A stretch of DNA of 64,000 nt from Xenococcaceae cyanobacterium (GTDB taxonomy: Bacteria; Cyanobacteriota; Cyanobacteriia; Cyanobacteriales; JBFRWF01), in NCBI GenBank assembly GCA_051439465.1, contig JBFRWF010000273.1, positions 46,666-110,665 of the forward strand, read 5' to 3'. The notes under the pieces were generated by a model. That model was not told where the DNA came from. It saw only the letters and a program-made list of their open reading frames with translations, and searched no databases. The translations under genes and the position numbers were made by a program. Below, in pieces: positions 18,068 through 27,257 of the stretch. Each line of letters begins with the position of its first letter. The first letter of the stretch is position 1.

Positions 18068-18709
18068 CTAAAGCACAACTTCTTCAATTTCATCAATGTT
18101 GAGTAAGTTTTCCTGGTCTGAATAGGTTTTAGGTGTTGATTGTCGGTTCAGTTTATTAGTCAGCAAATTAACTAGCCATTGTTGAGTTTGTTGATGTTGT
18201 TTTTGATTCCACTGCGCGATAATTTTTTCTGCTTGCTTAGTGGGATGGAGTGCCAAAATGACCATCTTCAGTTCGCTTTTTTTGAGACCAAAGTATTGGG
18301 TAGCAACCCAGAGCTTAACTCGGTCTTGCCAGCTAATGACTGGATGCCTCACTGCCCACTCGAATAGTCGTGGTTTACCTTTGACAATCCCTACGTTGGC
18401 GCGGATGTCTATGAATTTGTCTTGGTTGGGTAGGTTTAACTTGGCGACCAGGGGAACATCAATGAATAGCTTTTTTTGAGGTTTAAATAGGTTTGATGAG
18501 AGGTCTTGAAGTTGGTCAACCCATTGTTGAAGGAGTGGGTTATTATCCAAAATTGGCTGCACGGATAGTCCCATGTGCATTTGTTTGATGATTAGCTGCA
18601 AATGGGACTGGAGATACTCAGGAATCAGTGGTTCTTTATCTGAAGTGAGTCGTTCTCTTGATTGTTCTCGGTTAATTTGGGATAATTCCAATAAGTTGAT
18701 TAATTGCAT
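18068..18709 (-). CDS. Hypothetical protein (213 aa)
   Basis: Long ORF with no competing frame. No motif I can assign with confidence. Confidence 0.5.
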   Translation of the reverse strand: MQLINLLELSQINREQSRERLTSDKEPLIPEYLQSHLQLIIKQMHMGLSVQPILDNNPLLQQWVDQLQDLSSNLFKPQKKLFIDVPLVAKLNLPNQDKFIDIRANVGIVKGKPRLFEWAVRHPVISWQDRVKLWVATQYFGLKKSELKMVILALHPTKQAEKIIAQWNQKQHQQTQQWLVNLLTNKLNRQSTPKTYSDQENLLNIDEIEEVVL

Positions 18710-18902
18710 GGTTCAGACCTAAATCTGTCTGAGCCGGGTGGCGACCGCCACGCGGAGTTGCCTATTCTTCGAGAAGGCTTCGCCTACGGCAGCACGCCAC
18801 AATCAGTAGAGCACAAACTTATTGACCATTAACTTTTCGCTCTACTGACAACATCAGGTTTTTGTACTAATGGAAGCGACTTCTAAAGCTTGGATGTAAT
18901 TT

Positions 18903-20174
18903 TTATTTTTCCTCATCCCAGTCTTCCTCGTCCCAGTCTTCCTCATCCCAACTTGGATATTGTTCAGGTGCTTCCCCATTACAAGCTAAAATTGTCGGTT
19001 CATTGATGTCAAAATTATCTGCCTCAATCCGTTCCAATTGCACATTAAACTCCCAATTGTCGCCAAAATCAAACAAGTAAGTCAGGCTTTGTCCTGACTG
19101 AAGAGATAAAGATAAATCGCTGATGATGAATTCATGAGTAAAAGGCGGTTCATTGCTATAGGGATGATTCACCTGCACCCTCCAACCATAACGACTCCTG
19201 TAGTCAAATTGATGCAGGTGGTCATCATCAAAATTGACCGATTCTAAAATAATACTGCTCAAATCATAGAGACTATAATCAGAGGGAATGGCAATACGCC
19301 GCCAAATTTTTCCTAAAGAAACCTTGAAAATATAAACACCTTCCTGTTTTTCTGGCTCGGGAATAGTAATATTCTGCTGCCATTCAGGGAAAAAAGGTTT
19401 TACAGCAGATTGCCAGCTGCCAAAGGGTTCTGTCTCTTCTTCCTCTTCTTGATGCTTTTGCTGATAAGAGATGCTCAAAATTAAAGCAAGCAGTGCATCT
19501 CCCCAAGGAGTTTTCTTAAGTTTTGTAAACCGCCATCCTTTGCCAGCTTGAGGTTTGACATGCTTAATCTCTAGAAGTCCAAACATCTCTAAAAGTGCCA
19601 GGTGATGAACTCCTGGGGAATAATTGTAATCTTGCTGCATCCCATAGCTCTTCACCTTTTTCCCTTGTGGGGGAATTTGCAGCCAAAACATTAAACATTT
19701 CTGAAAGCCGCTAATCCAATCGCGCTCTCCTAAAATCTCTTCAGTTCCCCAAATCCACCAAGCTTCTAAAAGGTTGAAATAGCGTTCAGTTGGATTGAGG
19801 TGGTCCCAAGAATCTAGGACCTTGTGCTCAAGAGAGAGGAAAAATTTTTTGCCTTTTGGTTGAATGTAGGAAAGGGTAGATGCTCTTAATAACAGATAGA
19901 GTCCGTGAAGATGAGGATATGACTTTTGTTGAGGACGTTTAAGGTCTATCTGAAGGGGATGAGTTAAACGACTATTGAGTTCTGCTAAAGACTTTATGGA
20001 TAAGAAATTTTGTCTTTGGCTCACTTCAATTCCTTTTGTGCCAATGAAATCCAGCAGCATTTGGAAATCGGAGAGAATTGTTCCTGGACTAGATTCCGAA
20101 ATCTGTTGTTGGTGAAGGAGTTGCTCAGTAAAAGTAGAGAGGGTGGGAACTTCTGGCTCCATAGGATAGAACAT
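18903..20174 (-). CDS. pRiA4b ORF-3-like family protein (PF07929-type domain)
   Basis: The C-terminal half YIFKVSLGKIWRRIAIPSDYSLYDLSSIILESVNFDDDHLHQFDY matches the family signature (F.V.L....WRRI.vP....L.dLh..Iq.a.gW.d.HLh.F). It ends in WDEEDWDEEDWDEEK, encoded by a 15-bp tandem repeat. Confidence 0.8.
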   Translation of the reverse strand: MFYPMEPEVPTLSTFTEQLLHQQQISESSPGTILSDFQMLLDFIGTKGIEVSQRQNFLSIKSLAELNSRLTHPLQIDLKRPQQKSYPHLHGLYLLLRASTLSYIQPKGKKFFLSLEHKVLDSWDHLNPTERYFNLLEAWWIWGTEEILGERDWISGFQKCLMFWLQIPPQGKKVKSYGMQQDYNYSPGVHHLALLEMFGLLEIKHVKPQAGKGWRFTKLKKTPWGDALLALILSISYQQKHQEEEEETEPFGSWQSAVKPFFPEWQQNITIPEPEKQEGVYIFKVSLGKIWRRIAIPSDYSLYDLSSIILESVNFDDDHLHQFDYRSRYGWRVQVNHPYSNEPPFTHEFIISDLSLSLQSGQSLTYLFDFGDNWEFNVQLERIEADNFDINEPTILACNGEAPEQYPSWDEEDWDEEDWDEEK

Positions 20175-20282
20175 TGGTGGAATTAGTCATCAAACTAGCA
20201 ACACTTCATCGTATCGCTTCAGCGGCTTATCCGGTTCTCGCCGAGAAGACCCCTTCGTTCAGGGAGGGGATGAGAGGCGAGA

Positions 20283-20699
20283 TTAAGATGTAGGCGTTCT
20301 CTGCTGTTCGACGTACTGCTTGATGATGGAGATTAGCGCACCACCGCAAGAGCCAGCAAAATAGCTAGGTGACCAGAGGACACCTTTGTAGAAACGGTCA
20401 TGCAATTGGGAAAATTCCTTTCTCAGTAACCTACTTGAAACCCCTTTAAGACTATTGACCAGCTTGGATACTGCCACCTTGGGGGGGTAGTTGACGAGTA
20501 AATGTACGTGATCGTCCTCTCCGTTCATCTCTACTAACTCAGCTTCAAAGTTGTTGCATACATCATCGAATATAGTCCTAAGTCTGTTGATAGCATTGGC
20601 GTTTAATACTTTTCTTCTATACTTGGTAACAAAGACCAAATGAACATGAAGATTAAAAGTACAGTGCCTACCAGTTCTTAGCTCTTGCATTCTCTTCAT
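20283..20699 (-). CDS. tnpA: IS200/IS605 Y1 (HUH) transposase TnpA
   Basis: HVHLVFVTKYRRKVL, HUH motif DHVHLLV, and the catalytic Tyr region WSPSYFAGSCGGA. Confidence 0.9.
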   Translation of the reverse strand: MKRMQELRTGRHCTFNLHVHLVFVTKYRRKVLNANAINRLRTIFDDVCNNFEAELVEMNGEDDHVHLLVNYPPKVAVSKLVNSLKGVSSRLLRKEFSQLHDRFYKGVLWSPSYFAGSCGGALISIIKQYVEQQRTPTS

Positions 20700-20719
20700 A
20701 GACCAAGTATAATCAGACT

Positions 20720-21928
20720 ATGATATTAAGGCAAGCATTCAAATTTAGACTAGAACCCAAAGCCAGAGAGCGACAACTGTTCGCTCAGTTTGCAGGCTGC
20801 TGTCGTTTGGTCTGGAACAAAGCCCTTGCTATTCAAAAAGAATTGCTAGAGGAAGGGGAATTGTGCTTGTCCTATAGCAAGCTGGCAGCAGAATTGAAGG
20901 ATTGGAAGCACGAAGAGGGCTTAACTTTTCTGGGAGAGTGTCACTCTCAACCACTGCAACAGACATTAATGAACCTAGATCGAGCATTAAAGGAAGCCTT
21001 CAATAAGACAAACCCAAAACAATTTCCTCGCTTCAAGAAGAAGGGACAGCGCGATTCATTTCGCTATCCGCAAGGATTCAAGATAGACGAACCAAATAGC
21101 AGGGTGTATCTGCCTAAAATTGGTTGGGTGAGATACCGCAAGAGTCAGTCAATTGTTGGAAGTCCTAAAAATGTTACGGTCTCGAAACGAGGAGATCATT
21201 GGTATGTCTCAATCCAGACCGAAGCAGAGGTAGAACAGCCGAAAACCGAAGCTACCTCAATGGTAGGATGTGATTTAGGTATTGCTCGATTCCTCACTCT
21301 TTCAACGGGTGAATATTTTGAGCCTCTTAACAGCTTTAAAAAGCTAGAGAAGAAGCTTGCCAGACTACAGCGAACCTTAGCCAGAAGGATTAAGGGGTCG
21401 GAAAACTGGAAGAAGACCAAGGGCAAAATCACCAATCTCCATATCCGCATAGCTAATGCTCGAAAGGACTACCTACATAAACTCTCGCACACTTTGAGCA
21501 AAAACCACGCTGTAGTAGTGCTAGAGGATTTAAAGGTAGCCAACATGAGCAAGTCAGCTAAGGGAACGGTGGAAGAACCAGGAACAAACGTTAAAGCCAA
21601 GTCAGGACTAAACAAGTCCATCCTCGATCAAGGGTGGTACGAGTTTAAACGTCAGCTTGGCTATAAACTAGAATGGCTTGGGGGAATGCTGGTATTGGTC
21701 AACCCCAAAAACACTTCTCGGTGCTGTCCTCACTGTGGGCATACGTCGGGAGAAAACCGCAAGACTCAAGCGAGTTTTGTCTGTGTTGAGTGTGGCTACA
21801 AGGAAAATGCAGACTTTGTAGGCGCACTTAATGTGCTAAGGGCGGGACACGCCCGGTTAGCCTGTGGAGATATAGACCTCGTTGTCGGGCTAGCCCAGGA
21901 ATCTGCTCAAATGACTATGCTTGCATAG
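20720..21928 (+). CDS. tnpB: TnpB (IS605 OrfB) RNA-guided endonuclease
   Basis: 402 aa. RuvC-like blocks (GCDLGI, VVVLEDLKV) and zinc ribbon CPHCGH...CVECGY. C-terminal ALNVLRAGHARLACG. Confidence 0.9.
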   Translation: MILRQAFKFRLEPKARERQLFAQFAGCCRLVWNKALAIQKELLEEGELCLSYSKLAAELKDWKHEEGLTFLGECHSQPLQQTLMNLDRALKEAFNKTNPKQFPRFKKKGQRDSFRYPQGFKIDEPNSRVYLPKIGWVRYRKSQSIVGSPKNVTVSKRGDHWYVSIQTEAEVEQPKTEATSMVGCDLGIARFLTLSTGEYFEPLNSFKKLEKKLARLQRTLARRIKGSENWKKTKGKITNLHIRIANARKDYLHKLSHTLSKNHAVVVLEDLKVANMSKSAKGTVEEPGTNVKAKSGLNKSILDQGWYEFKRQLGYKLEWLGGMLVLVNPKNTSRCCPHCGHTSGENRKTQASFVCVECGYKENADFVGALNVLRAGHARLACGDIDLVVGLAQESAQMTMLA

Positions 21929-21973
21929 TTAGAATTGAGAATCGCCTTCCTTTAGGTAGGTGAGAATGTCAAG
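21800..21973 (+). ncRNA. Presumed omega-RNA (reRNA) of TnpB, overlapping the tnpB 3' end and the IS right end; the 5' limit is a guess
   Basis: Established architecture for IS200/IS605 TnpB. The terminal GAATC-hairpin-GAGAATGTCAAG is visible in the sequence. No expression data. Confidence 0.4.
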
Positions 21974-22001
21974 ATTAACTGGATCTGTGGCGTTCTGAGC
22001 A

Positions 22002-22904
22002 GTGGAAGTGGAAGAAGCAACAGCGGTTTGGCTGACACTTGGCGACAGTAAAATTCAGGCATACCAGCTTACCCAAAACAACCAGCGGCTCATTGTGTTC
22101 ACCCACAGGCTGATGGCGGACCCCGTGGGAAGAAGCAAAGGCACGGCGCAAAAGTTTTGTAAGACCCACGAACAAGAATTGCCGCCCACCATCACAGCCA
22201 TCGTCCCAGACAAGCCGCGCCCCGTAGCTCTCTCCTCCTGGGAAGCAGCCCAGGCTTACTGGCAATCTCAAGCCGCAAAGGGCAATGCTCAAGCCCAAGC
22301 CCTGGCAGAAGCCGCCGCTGTTACTGCTTCGAGCTCTCTCCACCTCCAGGTAATAACTGAAGCTTCCGCATCCGACACGCCCTATCCCAAGAATATCGAA
22401 GCTGCACTCGCCGCTCTGCCTTCCGGAGAAAGCCTGCCGGGCACCGCAGAAGTCAAGGCGCTCGAAGAGGGTCTAAACCTCATTTCCCGCTGGCTCATCG
22501 AAGCCGGACTGGATAAAACATCCATTGCTCAATGGAAGCTGAACTGCCTTGGAAAGCGCTTCCCTGCTTTGGAAGTGGAAGTAGGAGAGGCCCAGAAACT
22601 CCTGGGTCAGCACGACACCTCTCCCAGCGGCATGATTGTCTCCCAGGTAGCCGAGAAAGTATCGGAAGAATTAGACCGGGCAATATCTCCTGCCCAGGTC
22701 AACTCGGCCCTACACGACCTCTCACTCCAGGAATTTGCCAAATCAGGCTCCAGGGAAAGACGCTTGACCCCCAAAGGTCAAGCCTACGGCAGGGCAGTTT
22801 TAGTCACGAGCCGGAGTAATGCCTGGAGTGGAGCACAAATTCGTTGGTTCGATAATGTCGTGCCACTGTTATGTGATTATTTTCTTGACATCTCCCCCGC
22901 TTGA
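22002..22904 (+). CDS. Hypothetical protein (GTG start; alternative ATG about 37 codons in)
   Basis: 300-aa ORF starting right after the IS605 right end. Ala/Gln-rich and visibly more GC-rich than its neighbours. Its last codons overlap a truncated IS right-end copy. Confidence 0.4.
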   Translation: MEVEEATAVWLTLGDSKIQAYQLTQNNQRLIVFTHRLMADPVGRSKGTAQKFCKTHEQELPPTITAIVPDKPRPVALSSWEAAQAYWQSQAAKGNAQAQALAEAAAVTASSSLHLQVITEASASDTPYPKNIEAALAALPSGESLPGTAEVKALEEGLNLISRWLIEAGLDKTSIAQWKLNCLGKRFPALEVEVGEAQKLLGQHDTSPSGMIVSQVAEKVSEELDRAISPAQVNSALHDLSLQEFAKSGSRERRLTPKGQAYGRAVLVTSRSNAWSGAQIRWFDNVVPLLCDYFLDISPA

Positions 22905-22910
22905 AAGACA
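22886..22910 (-). repeat. Truncated copy of an IS200/IS605 right end (TTGACATCTCCCCCGCTTGAAAGAC)
   Basis: The 25-nt string is identical to 33900-33924 and lacks the 3' stem half. Confidence 0.6.
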
Positions 22911-23035
22911 CAGTACCCTGGTGGCCCTGGAAGCCTATCTGGGGGTTTCTGAGAAGCACAAGGAACGGGCGATCGCCAGTCTGGATTTTTAGGAATAGAT
23001 CCTCGATGCTAAATGGTCTACCTACAATAAGAAGC

Positions 23036-24142
23036 ATGAGTGAATACCAGTACTACGAATTCCAAACCATTGATAGACCACTAACTGAGGATGAACAAGC
23101 GGCTGTGAGCCAATTATCCAGTCGCGTTCTACTCAGTTCGACTAAAGCCGTATTTACCTATAGTTACGGAGATTTTCGGGGTGACCCAAAACAAGTGTTA
23201 GCGAAATACTTTGATGCTATGTTTTACATAGCCAATTGGGGAACCCAACAACTGATGTTTCGTTTCCCAAAACCCCTCATCGATTTCGAGTCTATTCAAA
23301 AGTATTGCGTTGAAGATTGTATTACTCTCTCTGAAATCGGGAATTACTTAATCTTGGATATTCTCTTTGATAACGAAGAAGGATTTGGGTGGATAGAAGG
23401 AGAGGGTTATCTAGAGTCATTGATAGGTCTGCGTGATGAAATTTTGCAGCAAGACTATCGCGCTCTTTATCTGGCATGGCTAAAAGCCATTACCTGGCAA
23501 GATGTAGATGAAGAAGAATATGAGCCTCCTGTCCCTTCAGGATTAAGGAAATTATCTCGACCGTTGAGAGGTTTTGTGGAGATATTTGAAGTAGATGAAT
23601 ATCTGCTGAAAGTTGCTGCTATTTCGAGTGGTACTCAAACATCAATCTCTGATGAAATATTGCTGCAAGCCATCACCAAACTTTCGGGCTCCGAAGGCAA
23701 CACATTTTTACTGCGGTTAGCAAAAGGAGAATCCAATCTTTCCGTAGAACTCAACAAAAGATTGTCAGAAATAATCGCTATTCCTCAACCAGAAAGTCAG
23801 CGGCGACGCACTATCAAACAGCTATTGTCAGAGTCCGAGAAGGAACGAAAACAAGAAAAAATTAGACAACAGCAAGAAGCAGAAGCACAACACATTAAAG
23901 AGTTAGAGGCATTAGCTAAACGGGAAGCTTTTACCTGGAAAGATGTGGATGCTCTAATCCAAAGAGGGCAAGCCAAGCCCTATGATGAAGCCGTACAGCT
24001 ACTTTTAAAACTCCGAGACTTAGCCGCCTACCAAAACCAAAAGCCTGCTTTTCAGGAACGCCTCAACCAAATTCATGAACAATATAGTAGACGCTCTGCT
24101 TTCATCAAACGTTTACGCAAGGTTGGTTTATATCAGCAATAA
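23036..24142 (+). CDS. Conserved hypothetical protein of the MSEYQYYEFQ..IDRPLT family
   Basis: ATG 23036 gives MSEYQYYEFQTIDRPLTEDEQAAVSQLSSRV.... From memory (unverified), this N-terminus recurs in bacterial operons next to SWIM-zinc-finger proteins. The track ORF starts earlier, at 22901. Confidence 0.65.
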   Translation: MSEYQYYEFQTIDRPLTEDEQAAVSQLSSRVLLSSTKAVFTYSYGDFRGDPKQVLAKYFDAMFYIANWGTQQLMFRFPKPLIDFESIQKYCVEDCITLSEIGNYLILDILFDNEEGFGWIEGEGYLESLIGLRDEILQQDYRALYLAWLKAITWQDVDEEEYEPPVPSGLRKLSRPLRGFVEIFEVDEYLLKVAAISSGTQTSISDEILLQAITKLSGSEGNTFLLRLAKGESNLSVELNKRLSEIIAIPQPESQRRRTIKQLLSESEKERKQEKIRQQQEAEAQHIKELEALAKREAFTWKDVDALIQRGQAKPYDEAVQLLLKLRDLAAYQNQKPAFQERLNQIHEQYSRRSAFIKRLRKVGLYQQ

Positions 24143-24158
24143 AATCCAAAATATAAGT

Positions 24159-24332
24159 ATGGTTAAAGAAAATATTATTGACCAAATTACCCCGGAGGAG
24201 GCGCTGGCAATTCTCAAGACTTTGGCTCAGGAAGATGAAAAAATGCTCCCATGGAAGGATTTTCTATTGAAAGCATCTTCTGGAACAATGATAATTAATC
24301 TCCTTTGTCACTATGGTTATCCAAAACTTTGA
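24159..24332 (+). pseudogene. Probable 5' stub of a gene truncated by an insertion
   Basis: MVKENIIDQITPEEALAILKTLAQEDEKM... runs into the antisense TnpB-like fragment and terminates after 57 codons. Confidence 0.3.
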
Positions 24333-24653
24333 CGTTTTGAACTTAGATAGGAGAGGTTTGCGCTTCTTAATCTTTTTGTGTTGAAAGCGAACGCACTCAC
24401 TAGCCTGTTTGGCAAGAGCTTGGCCGGTGCGGGTTGTAATTCCAAACCTCTGTCTTGCCCTGTGGACGGTAGGCAAGTCCGCCAGCTTCCCAGAGAAATC
24501 TTTTCGTTGCCAAAACAGGTCAATAAAATACTGGATGACATCGTGGCATTGTTTCAAGAATTGACGCACAATCTCGGATTTACCCGCATTCAGGTCATTG
24601 AGGTAAACTCTTGCCGTGCGTTTCATCAGATTCTGGGAACGCTTCGATGCCAT
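24264..24653 (-). pseudogene. N-terminal fragment of a TnpB-like / transposase-accessory protein (tentative)
   Basis: 129-aa ORF ...TARVYLNDLNAGKSEIVRQFLKQCHDVIQYFIDLFW...GQALAKQASECVR resembles the N-terminal helical region of some IS605-family OrfB proteins. No RuvC or zinc-finger part follows. Confidence 0.3.
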
Positions 24654-24745
24654 TACTGGGCCTCTTCAGTTATTTGGTGCTCTCTTTGCTCCACCATACA
24701 TAAAAGTATAGCCAAGAAAGTTAAAGTTTTGGAGAATTAGTTATC

Positions 24746-26242
24746 ATGCCCAAACAACTTCCCAGCCTCAACCAACTGCTCGAGCAACTCAACCATCAGC
24801 AAACCCAGCTCCTGCTACAAAACCTAGTGACAGAGCAGCCTGAGCTACTTGAGGCGATCGCTCGTCACACTCACCAAATCCTAAGCCAAACCGCACCCAC
24901 CCAACCATCTAAACCGACTCGACAGATCGCAGTAGACCCAGACCCCATTCGACGACGGGTAGCGTTCATTTTAGAGAATGCTGCGGGGTACTGGGACGAT
25001 GCACCCGCTCTGGATCAGATTCGTGATGTGATGCAACAGGCACAGGATTTCACCAACCAGGGAGATGGTAACAATGCCCTTGTCGTCTTGGAAGCGATGA
25101 CTGATGCCTACGTCGCGGACTGGATGAACCTTGATGGTTCTAGCGGCGAAAGTGGCATGATTTTTGAGGAGTTCGATGCCGCTTGGACTGAGGCGATTCT
25201 GAGTGCAGAACTCACCCCCACTGAACGGGAGGACATTCAGGCCCTTTTGGAAAAATGGCAGGATGAGGTAGATGAATACGGCATCGACAATGGATTTGAG
25301 ATGGGCCTTGCAGCGGGTGAGCAAGGCTGGGAATATCCACCCCTACAGCGAGTCCTTGAGGGTCACATCACTGAACAGGGTGCATGGGATGGTGAGCCAC
25401 CCCACTATGCCGACGAACTAGCTCGTATCCGTCTGGATATTTTAGAACGTCAGGGACGCTATCAGGAGTATTTGTATTTAGCTGAAGCCGAAGGTCAAAC
25501 AGCTCGCTACCTGACAGGACTAGCACGCCTGGGGCGCGTCTCCGAGGCTGTGGCACAAGCTCAAACGCTTCTGACAACAGTTGACCAAGCTTTAGCCCTA
25601 GCCCAAGCCTTGCAGGAGCAGGGGGCATTGGAACAGGCGCTCCACATTGCCCAAGCCGGTTTGCAACTGACAGGATACCACAAACACGAATTGGCAATCT
25701 GGACGAGTGAACTGGCTGAAAGGATGGATCGCCAGGAGTTAGCATTGGAAGCCAGAGTCGCTGCTTTCCAAGCTAGTCCCTCATTCACAGACTATCTCAA
25801 AGTCCAGGAACTCGCAGACGAAGAGCGGTGGTCTACTCTTCGCCCGGATTTGCTAGCTTCACTGAGCCAGAGTGACAGCTTTTTCTCGGCTGATGCCAAA
25901 GTAGATATTTTTCTCCACGAGAACTTGTCAGATCAGGCGATCGCTGCTGTCGATAACCTCAGTTCCTATCAGTCCGAACCAATCCATAGAGTGATGAATG
26001 CGGCAATAGCACAACATCCAGACTGGGTGATTGCCAATGCTTGCCGACGGGCGGAGTCGATTATGGATCAGGGCAAAGCCAAGTATTACCACCACGCCAT
26101 TGAATGGTTAAGCAAAGCAAGGGCGGCTTACCTTCAGTCTGGACGAAAAGAAGAGTGGCAAGCTTACCGGGCAAAGATAAGGCAGAAGCATGGGCGCAAA
26201 TACAAGCTGATGGGAATGCTCAAGCAACCCGATCTGGAATAG
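24746..26242 (+). CDS. Helical-repeat hypothetical protein (498 aa)
   Basis: Long ORF rich in Leu, Ala, Gln and Glu. C-terminus ...YYHHAIEWLSKARAAYLQSGRKEEWQAYRAKIRQKHGRKYKLMGML. No catalytic motif seen. Confidence 0.65.
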   Translation: MPKQLPSLNQLLEQLNHQQTQLLLQNLVTEQPELLEAIARHTHQILSQTAPTQPSKPTRQIAVDPDPIRRRVAFILENAAGYWDDAPALDQIRDVMQQAQDFTNQGDGNNALVVLEAMTDAYVADWMNLDGSSGESGMIFEEFDAAWTEAILSAELTPTEREDIQALLEKWQDEVDEYGIDNGFEMGLAAGEQGWEYPPLQRVLEGHITEQGAWDGEPPHYADELARIRLDILERQGRYQEYLYLAEAEGQTARYLTGLARLGRVSEAVAQAQTLLTTVDQALALAQALQEQGALEQALHIAQAGLQLTGYHKHELAIWTSELAERMDRQELALEARVAAFQASPSFTDYLKVQELADEERWSTLRPDLLASLSQSDSFFSADAKVDIFLHENLSDQAIAAVDNLSSYQSEPIHRVMNAAIAQHPDWVIANACRRAESIMDQGKAKYYHHAIEWLSKARAAYLQSGRKEEWQAYRAKIRQKHGRKYKLMGMLKQPDLE

Positions 26243-26261
26243 GAAAGATAAGCAGTGTGAA

Positions 26262-27257
26262 CTACCTACACTGCAGCCGCGACGGTTTCATCAATTGCAC
26301 AATCCTTAACAGAGCTGGTAGTATTGTTTCTGTTCTTGCTCCATTTTTGAGTGACACTTCCAAGTCGAGAAGTAAGGTCAGTGCAACACAGAGCGATCCG
26401 CTTGCGGATCTGCCTTCGGCAGCACGCACTGAAACATCCTTCACCTCACTCCGCAGAAAATACATGCGTTTGGGATTCCCCACCCCGCACAGTTGGGCAA
26501 TCTTTGAGTCCGATTTCAGTCCAGAAGCAATTGCCGCTTTAACCCACAGCCAAGTCCGGAACTGGGTAATCAAGGTAGCAACGATGACCAGAGGAAATTC
26601 AGCTTGTGCCAGCAATTCGTTAAGGAGACTGGCTACCAGCGCGGCTTTGCCTTGACGCACAGCTTCAGCCAATTGGAGATTGGTTTGGGTGGTGCAGGGA
26701 ACTAACGCCTCAGCTTGAGCCTGAGTAACTCGATTACCATTGGCGTAGACAGCCAGCTTGGTGAGTTCCCTGTAGCTGCGGGCGGTATCATTACCAATGG
26801 CTTCTGCCAGGTAATTCACCACCTCGGGGGTGAGTCGCAGATTCAATTCCTTAGCTTGAGCTTTAATCGAACCAGCAATCAAGTCCGTGCGCCAGGGAGG
26901 AATGAGAGTAAATTCCATTAGCTTGCCATGTTTGAGCAAGTGCTTGGATACCTTCAGGCGCTTTTCAATAGAAGGCGCAACAAAGACTAAATGGGTGGTT
27001 TCTGGCAGCCGGGAGAGGCATTGGAGGATAGATAGCCCAGTTTCTCCAAATTGCCTGAAGTCGCAGTTTTCCACAACCACCAGCTTTTGCCCATCCCCAA
27101 ACACCCCAGTCAAAGCACAAACCATTGCTGACTCTAGTTGTTCCGAAGGGAAGCGATGGAAATTGAAATCGCGCCACCGAGGGTTAGTTTTTGCCTTGAA
27201 AGCGGTGATTTCCCGTTCAATGGCATGTTGGTCATTGCCGACGAGTATGGTAATCAT
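26262..27257 (-). CDS. holA: DNA polymerase III delta subunit
   Basis: EFTLIPPWRTDLIAGSIKAQAKELNLRLTPEVVNYLAEAIGNDTARSYRELTKL closely parallels cyanobacterial HolA (EFSLIPPWKTD...LAEAVGNDTR). Its ATG overlaps the dnaX stop (ATGA at 27254-27257). Confidence 0.85.
   Translation of the reverse strand: MITILVGNDQHAIEREITAFKAKTNPRWRDFNFHRFPSEQLESAMVCALTGVFGDGQKLVVVENCDFRQFGETGLSILQCLSRLPETTHLVFVAPSIEKRLKVSKHLLKHGKLMEFTLIPPWRTDLIAGSIKAQAKELNLRLTPEVVNYLAEAIGNDTARSYRELTKLAVYANGNRVTQAQAEALVPCTTQTNLQLAEAVRQGKAALVASLLNELLAQAEFPLVIVATLITQFRTWLWVKAAIASGLKSDSKIAQLCGVGNPKRMYFLRSEVKDVSVRAAEGRSASGSLCVALTLLLDLEVSLKNGARTETILPALLRIVQLMKPSRLQCR

Larger units (their letters stand above)
20190..21973 (+). mobile_element. 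IS200/IS605-family element with divergent tnpA and tnpB; the left boundary is approximate
   Basis: Contains the tnpA and tnpB genes below. The right end TTAGAATTGAGAATCGCCTTCCTTTAGGTAGGTGAGAATGTCAAG (21929-21973) carries an imperfect hairpin. A GC-rich hairpin-prone left end lies at 20219-20282 (CCCCTTCGTTCAGGGAGGGG). Confidence 0.7.

Noticed and set aside
18721-18850. GC-rich palindrome GTGGCGACCGCCAC and a 9-bp-stem hairpin (CAGTAGAGC...GCTCTACTG); the motif CGCCTACGGCAGCACGCC loosely recurs at 26409 and 22783
   Set aside because: The recurrences are short and imperfect, one is inside holA coding sequence, and no U-tract follows. I could not support a specific element or terminator call.
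22002-22904. Composite transposon formed by the inverted IS right-end copies flanking this ORF
   Set aside because: The second copy is only a 25-nt truncated fragment. IS200/IS605 elements transpose as single-strand circles with distinct left and right ends, not via inverted repeats. It is kept only as a note under the orphan-right-end finding.
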